64,000 bases of DNA from Promethearchaeota archaeon (GTDB lineage: Archaea > Asgardarchaeota > Lokiarchaeia > Sigyniarchaeales > SOKP01), in the NCBI GenBank assembly GCA_019058445.1, contig JAHPZA010000009.1, forward strand, positions 448,001-512,000, in the 5' to 3' direction. Numbering within the stretch: position 1 is the first letter of the stretch; each line of letters starts with the position of its first letter. The notes under the pieces are model-generated. The model saw only the letters and a list, made by a program, of their open reading frames with translations. It had not been told where the DNA came from and made no database searches. Positions 29,667 through 40,354 of the stretch are shown here, piece by piece. Made by a program: the position numbers and the translations under genes.

Positions 29667-30257
29667 ATGTGGAAAGAAAAACTGATCAATTTTGCGAAAA
29701 GATTTGAACACACTGCTTGGGGTATGTCCCACTTTACCCGTGTTTACGAGCTAACTTTAAAATTGGCTGACATGAGGAAATTGGAGATAGATCAAGAATC
29801 TTTATTCGCAGCAGCATATTTACACGATATGGGTGCCTTTGATCCTTATCGGAAAAAAGATATTGATCATGCAGAAGCATCTGCTAATTCTTGTGAAGAA
29901 GTACTTAAATCTTTAGGGTTCCCTCCAGAAAAGATTGATAAGGTAAAAGATATAATTAGAACCCATATGTATTATGCGGAACCTTCTGGTCAAATAGAAT
30001 CAGTTTTGTTTCGCGATGCAGATATTTTAGATTTCATGGGAATAATTGGGATAATACGTATACTTTCTATAGTGGGGAAAGACACATGGGCACCTAATTT
30101 AAACTCAGCAATAAATCTAATTAGAAATTTCGATAAAACGCTAATCCATAAGCTATCTAGTGATCAGGCTAAAGAAATAGGTGTAAAAAGAAGAGGTGAA
30201 ATGAAAGCGTTTTTAGAAAATTTATCCGAACAGACAAACAAATTTAAACTGCTATAA
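29667..30257 (+). CDS. HD-domain phosphohydrolase
   Basis: Motifs SHFTRV, AAYLHDMG and DADILD. Confidence 0.85.
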   Translation: MWKEKLINFAKRFEHTAWGMSHFTRVYELTLKLADMRKLEIDQESLFAAAYLHDMGAFDPYRKKDIDHAEASANSCEEVLKSLGFPPEKIDKVKDIIRTHMYYAEPSGQIESVLFRDADILDFMGIIGIIRILSIVGKDTWAPNLNSAINLIRNFDKTLIHKLSSDQAKEIGVKRRGEMKAFLENLSEQTNKFKLL

Positions 30258-30291
30258 ACTCCAACTAATTAGAAATGGGTACCCTTGTTAA

Positions 30292-32781
30292 ATGAAGATA
30301 GACAATAAAAATTTAAAGATTAGTAATAAGGAAATTTTAGCACTTGAAAGAATAATTGATCTAGTAAGCACTTTTTCAGAAAAAAATCCAATACTCCAGA
30401 TCAAATTTAATATTAATCGAATTAAGGAGAAAATCGCTAATTTAAAAAATCAAGTAACTAGCGATAGGTACAATAAATTCAAGAAGATTTTAAAAAGAAT
30501 AGAATTATTTGTCTGGAAAGAAATCAGACCTAAAATTTATCATATCTTTGGAGGCCATGGTGGAGTTATAATAAATGATATCGGGTATTGTGAATTTGAT
30601 TCTCCCAAATTTGCCTTGTATCGTATAATAGATAGAATGAAATTATCTATTGAAACAAATATGCCCTATAATATTGAAATAGCAATATGCTGTTTCGAAT
30701 GGTTAAAAAATCATTTTGCTAAAGAATTCGCAGTGTTTTTAGACTTATTTAATAGAGGGCGTTTTGAAATTATTAATCCCTCCTATTCTCAACCTTATAA
30801 TTTAATTATTGGTGAAGAGTCAAATATTAAACAATTTGAAATCGGATTAAAAGAATTAAATCATCTAGGATTAGATTGTAACATTTATTATTGTTCAGAA
30901 GTTTCCCTTCATCCTCAAATTCCTCAAATTTTAAATGGTTTTAACATCGAATTTTGCTCTCTTAGAACAAGATTATTAGGTACATGCCCGTCTACCAATT
31001 CAGGAAAAATTTCCTGGATAGGATTAGATAATTCTAGAATCATTACTATAACGGATCAATCTGGCATCTTTAATGGAGAATTTTGGCATGGCACTTTCTA
31101 TAAAGAGCTCCCTGAGCTATTATTTCAAGCGGTCTCCCGTCCCTTTATGAAACATCTTATCTTCTCATCAATAGAGGATTTTGTCAATCCACTACCATTT
31201 CAAGAAGAAGTGTGGCGAATATCCAAATATTCTGAAATATTTGGTAAATTTGTTTCTTGTTCGGAGCTACTTGATATTATCGAAACAGATGGAGAATTTA
31301 GATACAATAGAGATGATTTTGCATTAGGCGACTATATATTTATTCAGAGCGAATTATTTTTAAATAATAAAAGATGTGAAGTTACGATAATAACATCTGA
31401 GATTTTGAATTGCATTTTAGGTCAATATTATAAGGTTTCTCATGATTCACTATTAGATGAGTTATGGAAACAACTATTACTGACTCAATCTCATGATAAT
31501 TATGCTGTACCTAATGTTCAACCCGGAGATTATTCCGCTCAGCAGTTGAGTAAAGAAGAATATGAAAAATTAAATATACCTGCAGAAAAGATTTCAATCT
31601 CGAATTTAAGTATGAATATTCAAAGACAAATTATAAATAAATGCGATAGCTTTATAAATGAGAGTCTAAAAAAAATAAGTGATATTCTTATTACAACCTC
31701 AAAGACTAGTAAAAATAAATCTAAGGATATATTCGTTTTAAATCCTACCATCTATATCCGGCAAGATATAGTCTCCATCCCAATAAAGATAGAAAATGAA
31801 ACTGAATGGATATTAGTTGACGAAAAAGAGGAGCGCTTGGATTTTATATATCAAAACTCTATTATAAAGTTTATTCCAAATATGCCCTCAATGGGATATA
31901 AAATCTATTCTTTAATTGAAAGAGATCATATAGAGGTTAAATCAGATAATAATTTCCTTTATGACATAAGAATCTTAGAAGATAATCAAACAATTGAAGT
32001 AAGGTTTAAAAATATCGAGATCTATAAAGTAAAACTTGCTAAATCAGGTGATTATAGTTTATCGTTAAAGTCTCAAATACAAAATGAAATTGAGCATAAA
32101 CTTGTTATACAAGGTGAGATTCGAAATAAAATATTCACACTTGAAATTACTCAATATAATGGAGTAAATAGACTTGAGTTTGTATTGAACTCTGAGTTAA
32201 TAGAAGAAGTTATTGTTAAGCCCTCTTTCAAAATATTAAAATCTCTAATAAATTATCCATTTGGAATTGAAGAAACAAAAAGATCAAATATACAAACATT
32301 AGACTTTCTATGGTTAATAGGAGAGAAAAAAAGCATTATTTATATCCAAAAGAATAGCCAACAGTTTATCATTAATCGAAATAACTTTCAAATCCTTAAT
32401 TTATTAAAGAAAAAAGGAAGATATGAATTTTCAATATCATTACTCCATGATAAATATTTTGACTCTGCCTACCAGCAAGTAAATACATATAAATTTAGTT
32501 TATTAGGTACAGCAATTCAAGGAAATCACGAATATATTAAAAAGACTGATTCATGGTTAAAAATAAATCCCCAAATTATCCTGATTAATCTATGGAGAAG
32601 AGATAAACATTCTTTCCTAAGATTATTAAATCCTAGTAATGAAATAAAGGAATTTACGATACAAGGGTCCTTGATTGATAAGAATATAAAAGAATTAGAT
32701 CTCAACTATAAAGTGAAAAAAGAATTAAGAAAAAATACATCAGTAATAAATGCCTGGAAAATACAAAATTTACAATTTTAA
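30292..32781 (+). CDS. Divergent glycoside hydrolase family 38 (alpha-mannosidase)-like protein
   Basis: GRFEIINPSYSQP..IIGEESNIKQ, PQIPQIL, WIGLDNS, LWKQLLLTQSHD and VLNP motifs resemble GH38 N-terminal and middle domains. Confidence 0.65.
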   Translation: MKIDNKNLKISNKEILALERIIDLVSTFSEKNPILQIKFNINRIKEKIANLKNQVTSDRYNKFKKILKRIELFVWKEIRPKIYHIFGGHGGVIINDIGYCEFDSPKFALYRIIDRMKLSIETNMPYNIEIAICCFEWLKNHFAKEFAVFLDLFNRGRFEIINPSYSQPYNLIIGEESNIKQFEIGLKELNHLGLDCNIYYCSEVSLHPQIPQILNGFNIEFCSLRTRLLGTCPSTNSGKISWIGLDNSRIITITDQSGIFNGEFWHGTFYKELPELLFQAVSRPFMKHLIFSSIEDFVNPLPFQEEVWRISKYSEIFGKFVSCSELLDIIETDGEFRYNRDDFALGDYIFIQSELFLNNKRCEVTIITSEILNCILGQYYKVSHDSLLDELWKQLLLTQSHDNYAVPNVQPGDYSAQQLSKEEYEKLNIPAEKISISNLSMNIQRQIINKCDSFINESLKKISDILITTSKTSKNKSKDIFVLNPTIYIRQDIVSIPIKIENETEWILVDEKEERLDFIYQNSIIKFIPNMPSMGYKIYSLIERDHIEVKSDNNFLYDIRILEDNQTIEVRFKNIEIYKVKLAKSGDYSLSLKSQIQNEIEHKLVIQGEIRNKIFTLEITQYNGVNRLEFVLNSELIEEVIVKPSFKILKSLINYPFGIEETKRSNIQTLDFLWLIGEKKSIIYIQKNSQQFIINRNNFQILNLLKKKGRYEFSISLLHDKYFDSAYQQVNTYKFSLLGTAIQGNHEYIKKTDSWLKINPQIILINLWRRDKHSFLRLLNPSNEIKEFTIQGSLIDKNIKELDLNYKVKKELRKNTSVINAWKIQNLQF

Positions 32782-32813
32782 AGGATTTTTCATGTTAAAA
32801 ACACTCAAGAATT

Positions 32814-33494
32814 CTAAGGTAACTCTCTTTCTTTTTCAATATCGGTAGGATCGCGTCCTTTTTCAAGTTGTTCATACCACCATTTATCGGTAGAAATAAT
32901 TTCTTTTGCCTTTTCCAAAACATCTTCAATTTTAGTTGAATCCACAATGACCACGCCATTTATATCACCAAATACAAGATCTCCGGGATTTATTGTTCTT
33001 ACGCCACATTTAATTGGTTGCATTACTGAATCCATATCAATAATCATTCGACTGCGAATTGAAGAACATATAATGCCTCTCGCAAAAATCGGAAATTTTA
33101 AATCGGTTACTTGTGGAATATCTCGTACTGGACCATCTACAAGACCACCTCTAAAGCCTAATCCTTGTAGAATTCTGCTAGTGCTCTGTCCTAAACCAGC
33201 TGCAATCATTTCTCCACTCATATCTATACATATGATTGGAAACTTTGGTACTATCTTGATAAACTTAACCATACGTGCTATCACATTCCGATCAAGTGGC
33301 TCGTCAGAGGGAACCATTTTCATAGTGCCTGCAAAACCTATCATTCTTGCACCGTTCCATATTGGCCTTATATCAGCGTCAATAAAACCTGGTTCCAAAC
33401 CTAGTTCATCAGTTGCATCAGATACAGCGCAAGAATAGAGTTTTGAATACTCTTCTAAAATTAATTCCATCTTTTTCTTATCCATGTTAAACAC
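32814..33494 (-). CDS. RraA family / HMG aldolase-like protein
   Basis: Motifs AVSDA, VDGPVRD, PIFARG and PGDLVFGDINGVV. Confidence 0.85.
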   Translation of the reverse strand: MFNMDKKKMELILEEYSKLYSCAVSDATDELGLEPGFIDADIRPIWNGARMIGFAGTMKMVPSDEPLDRNVIARMVKFIKIVPKFPIICIDMSGEMIAAGLGQSTSRILQGLGFRGGLVDGPVRDIPQVTDLKFPIFARGIICSSIRSRMIIDMDSVMQPIKCGVRTINPGDLVFGDINGVVIVDSTKIEDVLEKAKEIISTDKWWYEQLEKGRDPTDIEKERELP

Positions 33495-33725
33495 AAATTA
33501 GTAAACAATTGTAATAATATATAAAAAATTATTTTTGAAATGATATGATCATGAATTTTGTTAAAACTAATATATTTTATTAAAAAATTTTGATAAAATT
33601 TGTTTATTTTCTGTATAAATTCTACTATATCTTCTTTATAGTACTTTTCGTGAAAAATGTTAATGAATTACTTTTTCTCTACGGTATACTTCTTTAAATA
33701 GAATTTTATCTATTAAAACAATCGT

Positions 33726-35003
33726 ATGAAATTAGTCTATAAGTTCAGAATATCGAAGAATAAGCATCTGGATACACTCTGTTCAATTTCTAAAAAGCTA
33801 TATAATCAAGCAAATTGGTATATACGCCAAGATTTTTTTCATTTGGGCAATTGGCTTCGATATGAAGATTTAAATTTCATTCTTAAAGGATCCTATCATT
33901 ACAAGTTATTGAAAGCTCAGACGTCACAACAAGTTCTTATTGTCTTAGATAAAAACTGGAAAAGCTTTTTTAATGCGATAAAAGTGTGGAAAAAAGATAA
34001 GAAAAAATTCAAGGGAATACCAAGACCTCCTAAATATAAAAAGGACTGTAATAACTTGTTAATCTTTACCAACCAGAATAGCCAGATTAAAGGCAATATT
34101 ATAAGACTTACTATGTCTAAAATGTTTAAAGAGAAATATCCCGAATTTAAAGACCTAATAGAAATAACAGTTCCCCCATACAAAAAGAAAAGTTTTGAAA
34201 CTTATCAACAGATTCGGATTTTACCGCGAAAACGATTTTATGAAATTGAAATCGTATATAAAAAAGAAGTGAAGAAAGCTGAGTTAAACCAAGAGTTATA
34301 CTTATCTATGGATTTTGGATTGAATAATTTAATAACTACCGTTGAAAATCGAAATGTTAAACCAATTATTATCTCGGGTAAGATATTAAAATCAATTAAT
34401 CGACAATGGAATAAGCGAAAAGCAAGACTTTATTCTATAAAAGACAAGCAAAACCTCAATTGGACGGAGCAACTTGATAAGATCACCACAACGAGAAATG
34501 CTATTATGAAAGATTATTTACACAAGACCGCTCAATTGATGGTTGGGTACTGTTTAAAAAATAACATAGGGAATATTTGTTTAGGTAAATTAAAAAATAT
34601 AAAGCAAAATATTAGATTGGGCACACGAAATAACCAAAATTTCGTAAATCTCCCCATTCAAACACTTAAACAAATGATAATGTATAAAGCTCAACTTGTA
34701 GGAATTACGGTTCATGAAGTCAATGAGTCGTACACTTCTAAATGCAGCTCATTAGATGTAGAAACTATCAAAAAACATAGTAGATATATGGGAAAACGGA
34801 TTAAACGAGGATTATTTCGAGGCTCAAATTATGTACTCAACGCAGATGTTAATGGGGCTTTAAATATCCTCAGAAAAGTAGTCGGAGATGGTTTTATCCA
34901 AAATCTATCCGATAGGGGCTGCTGGTTTCAGCCTGTGCGAATAAGGGACTTGTTCCAAACTTCACATGAACAATTTTTATTAAAAAATGAGGAAATTATC
35001 TAA
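33726..35003 (+). mobile_element. tnpB: IS200/IS605-family TnpB RNA-guided endonuclease with no adjacent TnpA (IS1341-like)
   Basis: LYNQANW N-terminus, RPPKYK, RuvC-I LSMDFGLNN, VNESYTSK and RuvC-III NADVNGALNI. Element ends were not identified. Confidence 0.9.
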
Positions 35004-35086
35004 TATTTTTAATAATTTTGATAACCTTAATTTGATTATAGCTTGAAAAATAGATAATGAGATTTTACTAAATAGAAGGCATTAAA

Positions 35087-36757
35087 ATGGATGATGAGAA
35101 AATCAATTTAAAGAGGAGAAGTAATACTATTTTTGAAGGTATTAAGAAGACACCTTTTAATTATGTTACTTTAGGTATAATTGAAAGTTTGGGTTTAGAA
35201 GATAAAGAAATTCATAGCAAACCATTTGTTGGTATAGTTAACACTTGGAATGAACTTAATCCAGGTCATAAGCACTTGAAAGATTTAGCCGAAGCTGTTA
35301 AATTAGGTGTAGCCGAAGCAGGGGGTATTCCATTCGAGTTCTGTACAGTGGGTCCATGTGATGGGTGGGCAAATGGCAATGAGGGAATGCGCCATATTTT
35401 ACCCCATAGAGAAGTGATTGCAGATTCAATTGAATTAATGGTAGAAGCGCATAGATTAGATGCTATTGTCACATTATCAGGTTGCGATAAGATCAACCCC
35501 GCGATTTTAATGGCTGCTGTAAGGTTAGACATTCCCACTATATGTGTGCCAGGAGGGCCTAGTTTTTATGAAATACGATTTACATCGGATTATGTCGGGA
35601 TTGAACAAAGCAATTATAGCGATTTTGATCATAAATTGAAATGTATAAGCTGTGCTACCTACGGAGCATGTGAGATTATGGGAACAGCAAATACCATTCA
35701 ATGTCTAATGGAAGCATTCGGAATGACATTACCTAACGCAGCTACAACTCCAGCAATGACAAGAATGAAATATTTAATCGCTAAAAATTCTGGAAAGCAA
35801 ATTATTGAGCTATTAAAGCAGGATCTAAGGCCATCTAAGATAATGACACAGAAGTCTTTCGAAAACGCTTTGATGGTTGATGTAGCAATTGGAGGATCTA
35901 CAAATTCCGCGCTTCATCTTCCAGCTATTGCGCATGAAATGGGCATAGAATTTGATTTAGAAATGTTCAATGAGTATAGCAAGAAGATTCCAACAATAGT
36001 GAATGTTGCTCCATCGGGAGATTATGGGATAGTAGATTTGTATAAAGCAGGGGGAATTCCTGCAGTACTTAACAGATTAAAGGAATATTTAAATTTGGAT
36101 TGTCTAACTGTGACTGGAAAACCTATTGGAAAGGTAATAAGAAAAATGAGTGTGTTAGATGAAAAAATAATTCGACCTTTAGAGGATCCTGTATATCCAG
36201 AAGGAGGAACAGTAGTATTAAAAGGTAATTTAGCACCTGAGGGTGCTGTGGTAAAACAATCCGCTATTAAAGATAAAAAAATGTTAGAATTTGAAGGACC
36301 TGCCTTATGTTTCAATTCTGAACAAGAAGTAATTGATGCGATATTTCAAAATAAGGTAGAGAATGGTTCAGTGTTAGTTATTAGATATGAAGGACCAAAG
36401 GGAGGTCCTGGAATGCCAGAATTATTGGCAGTAACCGCTACGCTTATGTTAAAACGTGATTTAGACCAAGTTGCATTAGTTACAGACGGACGATTTTCAG
36501 GTGCTACATCAGGACCATGTATTGGTCATGTGAGTCCCGAAGCGTATGTAGGTGGTCCTATAGCTATAATAGAAAATGGTGATCGAGTAATTATTGATAT
36601 AGCTCAGAAAAAACTTGAAGTTGATCTTTCAGATAATGAAATCTCAGGTCGCTTCAAAAATTGGACGCCAGTCGAAAAGGTTATCAAAAGCAGAGCTCTT
36701 TTAAAATATAGGAATCTTGTCTCCTCTGCAGCGGAAGGAGCAATATTTAAATTTTAA
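35087..36757 (+). CDS. ilvD: IlvD/Edd family dehydratase (dihydroxy-acid or sugar-acid dehydratase)
   Basis: Motifs NPGHKHL, CDG, CDKINP, GTANT, GGSTN, YEGPKGGPGMPE, TDGRFSG and GHVSPEA. Confidence 0.88.
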   Translation: MDDEKINLKRRSNTIFEGIKKTPFNYVTLGIIESLGLEDKEIHSKPFVGIVNTWNELNPGHKHLKDLAEAVKLGVAEAGGIPFEFCTVGPCDGWANGNEGMRHILPHREVIADSIELMVEAHRLDAIVTLSGCDKINPAILMAAVRLDIPTICVPGGPSFYEIRFTSDYVGIEQSNYSDFDHKLKCISCATYGACEIMGTANTIQCLMEAFGMTLPNAATTPAMTRMKYLIAKNSGKQIIELLKQDLRPSKIMTQKSFENALMVDVAIGGSTNSALHLPAIAHEMGIEFDLEMFNEYSKKIPTIVNVAPSGDYGIVDLYKAGGIPAVLNRLKEYLNLDCLTVTGKPIGKVIRKMSVLDEKIIRPLEDPVYPEGGTVVLKGNLAPEGAVVKQSAIKDKKMLEFEGPALCFNSEQEVIDAIFQNKVENGSVLVIRYEGPKGGPGMPELLAVTATLMLKRDLDQVALVTDGRFSGATSGPCIGHVSPEAYVGGPIAIIENGDRVIIDIAQKKLEVDLSDNEISGRFKNWTPVEKVIKSRALLKYRNLVSSAAEGAIFKF

Positions 36758-36799
36758 ATTGTTTTTAAGATAATTTATAAAGAAAAGAATGTATGTATC

Positions 36800-37696
36800 A
36801 TGAAATCGTTTAAAACTAAGCCAAGTAAATTAAAATTCTATGCAGATGTTTATGTCTGGTTCCCCAATGGTCGAATCCAAAAGGTTTCACCTGGAGATGG
36901 AATCTATTACCAGCCTTGTATTCATCCAGAAGGAACTCATGTAGTATTCAGCGGAAATTCTTTGGGTGCTCCTCGCGTATGGAAAGTAGACTTTAAGACC
37001 TATAAACTTTTACCTCTTACACCCCTAAATTCAGGAGCTCGCCACCCTGTTTTTTCATGGGATGGTAAAAGAATAATTTTTTCCTCAGATCGCAGTTATG
37101 ATCAGGATGCAGAATGCGTAGAGGATATGGATGATAATGGTCTTCCACCAAGTGATCATATACTTAATCTTTTTACAATGGATCCAGATGGTAACAATGT
37201 TAAACAGATAACTACAGGTTCGTTCCAAGACCAACGGCCATGTATTAGTCCAGATGGTAAAAATGTAGCATTTGTTTCTAATCGAGGTAATTTTTTTCCT
37301 AGTTTGTGGGTCGTTCCAATTGATGGCAGCACTAAACCACGTCCACTGTTAAAGAAAGGAGGTGGATACAGACCATGGTATTCTGTGGATGGTAAATCAA
37401 TATTTTTCTTTACAATAATTGGAAAACGTCATCAAATATGCAGAATTCCTGCCAATGGTGGAGAATTAGTTCCATTAGCAAATGATGATGTCGGGCGAAG
37501 TCATGGGCCTTTTGCTGATCCGAGTGGTGAGTGCCTATTAATGCATTCTACGCGAGGAGGTAAATATGGGATATGGGAGCTTCCTTTGAATGGAGATCCC
37601 CCACATGTTCTACATCCACCTGGAATTGAAAGCGCAACTCATCCAACACGTTCAAAAAATGGTATTATAACATTTGATGTAGTGAGATCTGTCTAA
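36800..37696 (+). CDS. TolB-like (PD40/WD40) beta-propeller protein
   Basis: Repeats of P.FSWDGK.I.FSSDR, PCISPDGK.VAFVSNR and PWYSVDGK. Confidence 0.8.
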   Translation: MKSFKTKPSKLKFYADVYVWFPNGRIQKVSPGDGIYYQPCIHPEGTHVVFSGNSLGAPRVWKVDFKTYKLLPLTPLNSGARHPVFSWDGKRIIFSSDRSYDQDAECVEDMDDNGLPPSDHILNLFTMDPDGNNVKQITTGSFQDQRPCISPDGKNVAFVSNRGNFFPSLWVVPIDGSTKPRPLLKKGGGYRPWYSVDGKSIFFFTIIGKRHQICRIPANGGELVPLANDDVGRSHGPFADPSGECLLMHSTRGGKYGIWELPLNGDPPHVLHPPGIESATHPTRSKNGIITFDVVRSV

Positions 37697-37716
37697 AATA
37701 AGATCAATCAAATAAG

Positions 37717-37781
37717 AAAAGAAGATATAAATTAAGATCTCCTTTTACTTTAATAATTCTATTGTATCTAATTAATAATGA
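37717..37781. repeat. 65-bp direct repeat, copy 1 (degenerate hairpin)
   Basis: 59/65 identical to 42143-42207 by manual alignment. Confidence 0.85.
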
Positions 37782-37899
37782 TATAATGGCTCGATTAAAT
37801 AAATGGACAGGTTTTGAAAAGATAACAAAAAATAAGACTCTCTTAAAGTTCAGAGCATTAGTGACTTCAGCTGCCAAAGGTATTATATTAAAATTCTAA
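37762..37899 (+). pseudogene. 3' fragment of an ilvD paralog
   Basis: Reads LYLINNDIMARLNKWTGFEKITKNKTLLKFRALVTSAAKGIILKF*, colinear with the IlvD C-terminus VDLSDNEISGRFKNWTPVEKVIKSRALLKYRNLVSSAAEGAIFKF*. Confidence 0.8.
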
Positions 37900-37910
37900 T
37901 ATTTTTTTCA

Positions 37911-40343
37911 CTATGTTGTCAATATAAGTTCCTTTTGTTCTGATTTTTTAATTATTACTTCAAAATTTTTATTTTCCCAATTTTCTGAATTTATCCAATA
38001 AAATGTAAAGATTATTTTAGTGCCCTCAGCAAGTTTACCAGTAGGTAGATCACCATAATGAATTCCTAATTCTGAATCAATTGTTTTTAGCTCATGACTT
38101 GAAACCCAATCATCTATTGTCCAGTGAATTATTGCTGGTGATAATAATTCAATTCTTAACTGTTTACCAAACGCAATCTGGTGGCTTTTATGATTATAAC
38201 TCCATTTTGAAATATTTGATGAGATATCACCTATAACATAACGTTTAAATGTTTGATTAGGCATGTCAAAAACACTTCCTTTATGGATTGAATGTAATAA
38301 TTTTATATATTCAGCATGGGCCCATACCAAGGGCATAGCAGATCCTGTTGGATGCCCATTTAAGAGATCTTTTTCAGGTATATCTTCTGAATCCCAGATT
38401 TGCTCTGGAATTAAACCTCCAGGACCCGTTTGCCTTTCCATTACTTTACATAGGAATTTTGCTTCTGATATATTTCCTCTTGCTAATTCATAATGTGCAC
38501 GTTCTCCTACTAATAAAGGCCAACCTCGACCAATCCCCGTACCATCAAAAGGATCACCATTTTCATGCTCACCATACCCATCTTGATTATAACGATACCA
38601 AACAGGACCAGTTTTTGTTTCTGTTTTTAATAAAGAATCAATGACTTTAACGGTATTAATAATGCGTGGATCATCAGCACTTCGTAATCCAAATCTTACT
38701 AACGCTAATGCATCAGGGCTAACGATATATTCAAACAAAGCTTTATTTTGGCTGGGTGGTTTATTTTTAATTGGAACATAACCATTTATTGGTGATGCAG
38801 CATCTGCTACATTTTTAGGGCCGATTCTGACATAGTAACCCTCGATATTTAATTTTTTTGAAATTTTAGTATTTTTGATATAAGTCCATTGATCAATTTT
38901 AGAATTCCACATATCTGCAGTTTCGGTTAAGAATTTTGCAATTTTATGTTCCCCAGCTTCTTCAGCAAATTCAGCAGCAGCTAAAAGGGCTGCTATTTCA
39001 ACAGCAAGAGTGAAAGGGGAATATCCTGCATCCTCCTCCCAACGGTCTTCCTGAGACACAGGACCATTACATACCAAGAAGCTTGCTGCTTGTTTCACCA
39101 TGGGCCATATGTCTAAATCATATAATTCATTATTTTGCTTAAGAACATTAGCAAGCAATATAGGAAAAGCCGTCTCATCCATTTGTATTCCTTGCCAATA
39201 ACTTGTTCCATCAAGCCACATATTTTGAGGCCAATGTCCATCTACTTCTTGAGTACTCATAAGATAGAGGAGAACCTGGCGTGCAGAAGAAAAATCTCCA
39301 GCGGCTAATAAACCCCCAGCAGTCTCAACCAAGTCTCGTGGCCATATTAAGTGATAACCTCCCAAATCATTATCTCCTTTTGAAAAACCCCATGGTATTG
39401 AAAGACTCGCAATTATACCATCACTAAAACGCTTATCCATATGCGTTTTAAGAACTGAAGTGCTAATCCGATATATATCAATTTCTTTTTCACTTAAACT
39501 TCTTAAATTTAAACACTTCTTTTGGAATTTTTCCCAAGAATTTTTAAATTCAGATAACTGTTGGTCAAAGTTTTTGATTAATGCTGTGCGTGCTAATTGT
39601 CCTGCTTCTGCAGCATTATTTCCAAAAGCTAAAACTATAATAAATTCGCCCTTTGAAATTGAAAGATCAATTTCACCAGTTAGAGCAATATTTCCATCAA
39701 TAGCCTTGGAATAACATTTAGTTAATTTTTTATTTTTACTGATATCTTGCCATCCATCACTAAAACCAACATAACCACAACTCATATTAATAAAAGGTAT
39801 TGAACAAGCAAGCGCAAGAGATATATCATCGCGTTGAGCAAACAACATTGGGATCCCCTTATAATCACCTATCCAGCCATTATTACCAAAACCACAATTT
39901 TTAATATGAGGTGTTAAAATTACATATAAATGATAATTACTTAATATCCCTTTAAGAGGCTTAAATTGGGCTTTTTGGATTAATACTTCCCTCCTTGGAT
40001 CAGTCAAGATAGTTTTTCTAATTTCATATATACCATTTTTTGATTTATTAGTAATATTAAATGCTGGAACACCTTGTTTTACTGGTAAAATTTGATGTGT
40101 GCAGTGTTTTTTCTCCTCTTCAAAAATTTCTGTTTCACTTGAGATGAGAAACTGCATATCTTTAATATTTGCTTGATCTATTCTTGGATAATAAATTTCA
40201 TTGATAATTCCTTTTGAAATTGTAAACCAGAGTCTATTACCTATTGAATTGGCAGTGCCTACTCCATCTTTAGCGCTTATACTCCAATTAGGATTTACTC
40301 CTGGATTACCTGGGGGATTATTATCAATTTTTAATTTTTCCAT
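37911..40343 (-). CDS. Glucoamylase / glucan 1,4-alpha-glucosidase (GH15)
   Basis: Glucodextranase-like N-terminus (KDGVGTA..LWFT..G.INEIYYP), ASLSIPWG, YHLIWPRD, DRWEE, GLIPEQIWD and SAMPLVWAHAEY. Confidence 0.92.
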   Translation of the reverse strand: MEKLKIDNNPPGNPGVNPNWSISAKDGVGTANSIGNRLWFTISKGIINEIYYPRIDQANIKDMQFLISSETEIFEEEKKHCTHQILPVKQGVPAFNITNKSKNGIYEIRKTILTDPRREVLIQKAQFKPLKGILSNYHLYVILTPHIKNCGFGNNGWIGDYKGIPMLFAQRDDISLALACSIPFINMSCGYVGFSDGWQDISKNKKLTKCYSKAIDGNIALTGEIDLSISKGEFIIVLAFGNNAAEAGQLARTALIKNFDQQLSEFKNSWEKFQKKCLNLRSLSEKEIDIYRISTSVLKTHMDKRFSDGIIASLSIPWGFSKGDNDLGGYHLIWPRDLVETAGGLLAAGDFSSARQVLLYLMSTQEVDGHWPQNMWLDGTSYWQGIQMDETAFPILLANVLKQNNELYDLDIWPMVKQAASFLVCNGPVSQEDRWEEDAGYSPFTLAVEIAALLAAAEFAEEAGEHKIAKFLTETADMWNSKIDQWTYIKNTKISKKLNIEGYYVRIGPKNVADAASPINGYVPIKNKPPSQNKALFEYIVSPDALALVRFGLRSADDPRIINTVKVIDSLLKTETKTGPVWYRYNQDGYGEHENGDPFDGTGIGRGWPLLVGERAHYELARGNISEAKFLCKVMERQTGPGGLIPEQIWDSEDIPEKDLLNGHPTGSAMPLVWAHAEYIKLLHSIHKGSVFDMPNQTFKRYVIGDISSNISKWSYNHKSHQIAFGKQLRIELLSPAIIHWTIDDWVSSHELKTIDSELGIHYGDLPTGKLAEGTKIIFTFYWINSENWENKNFEVIIKKSEQKELILTT

Positions 40344-40354
40344 TTTTTATCACT

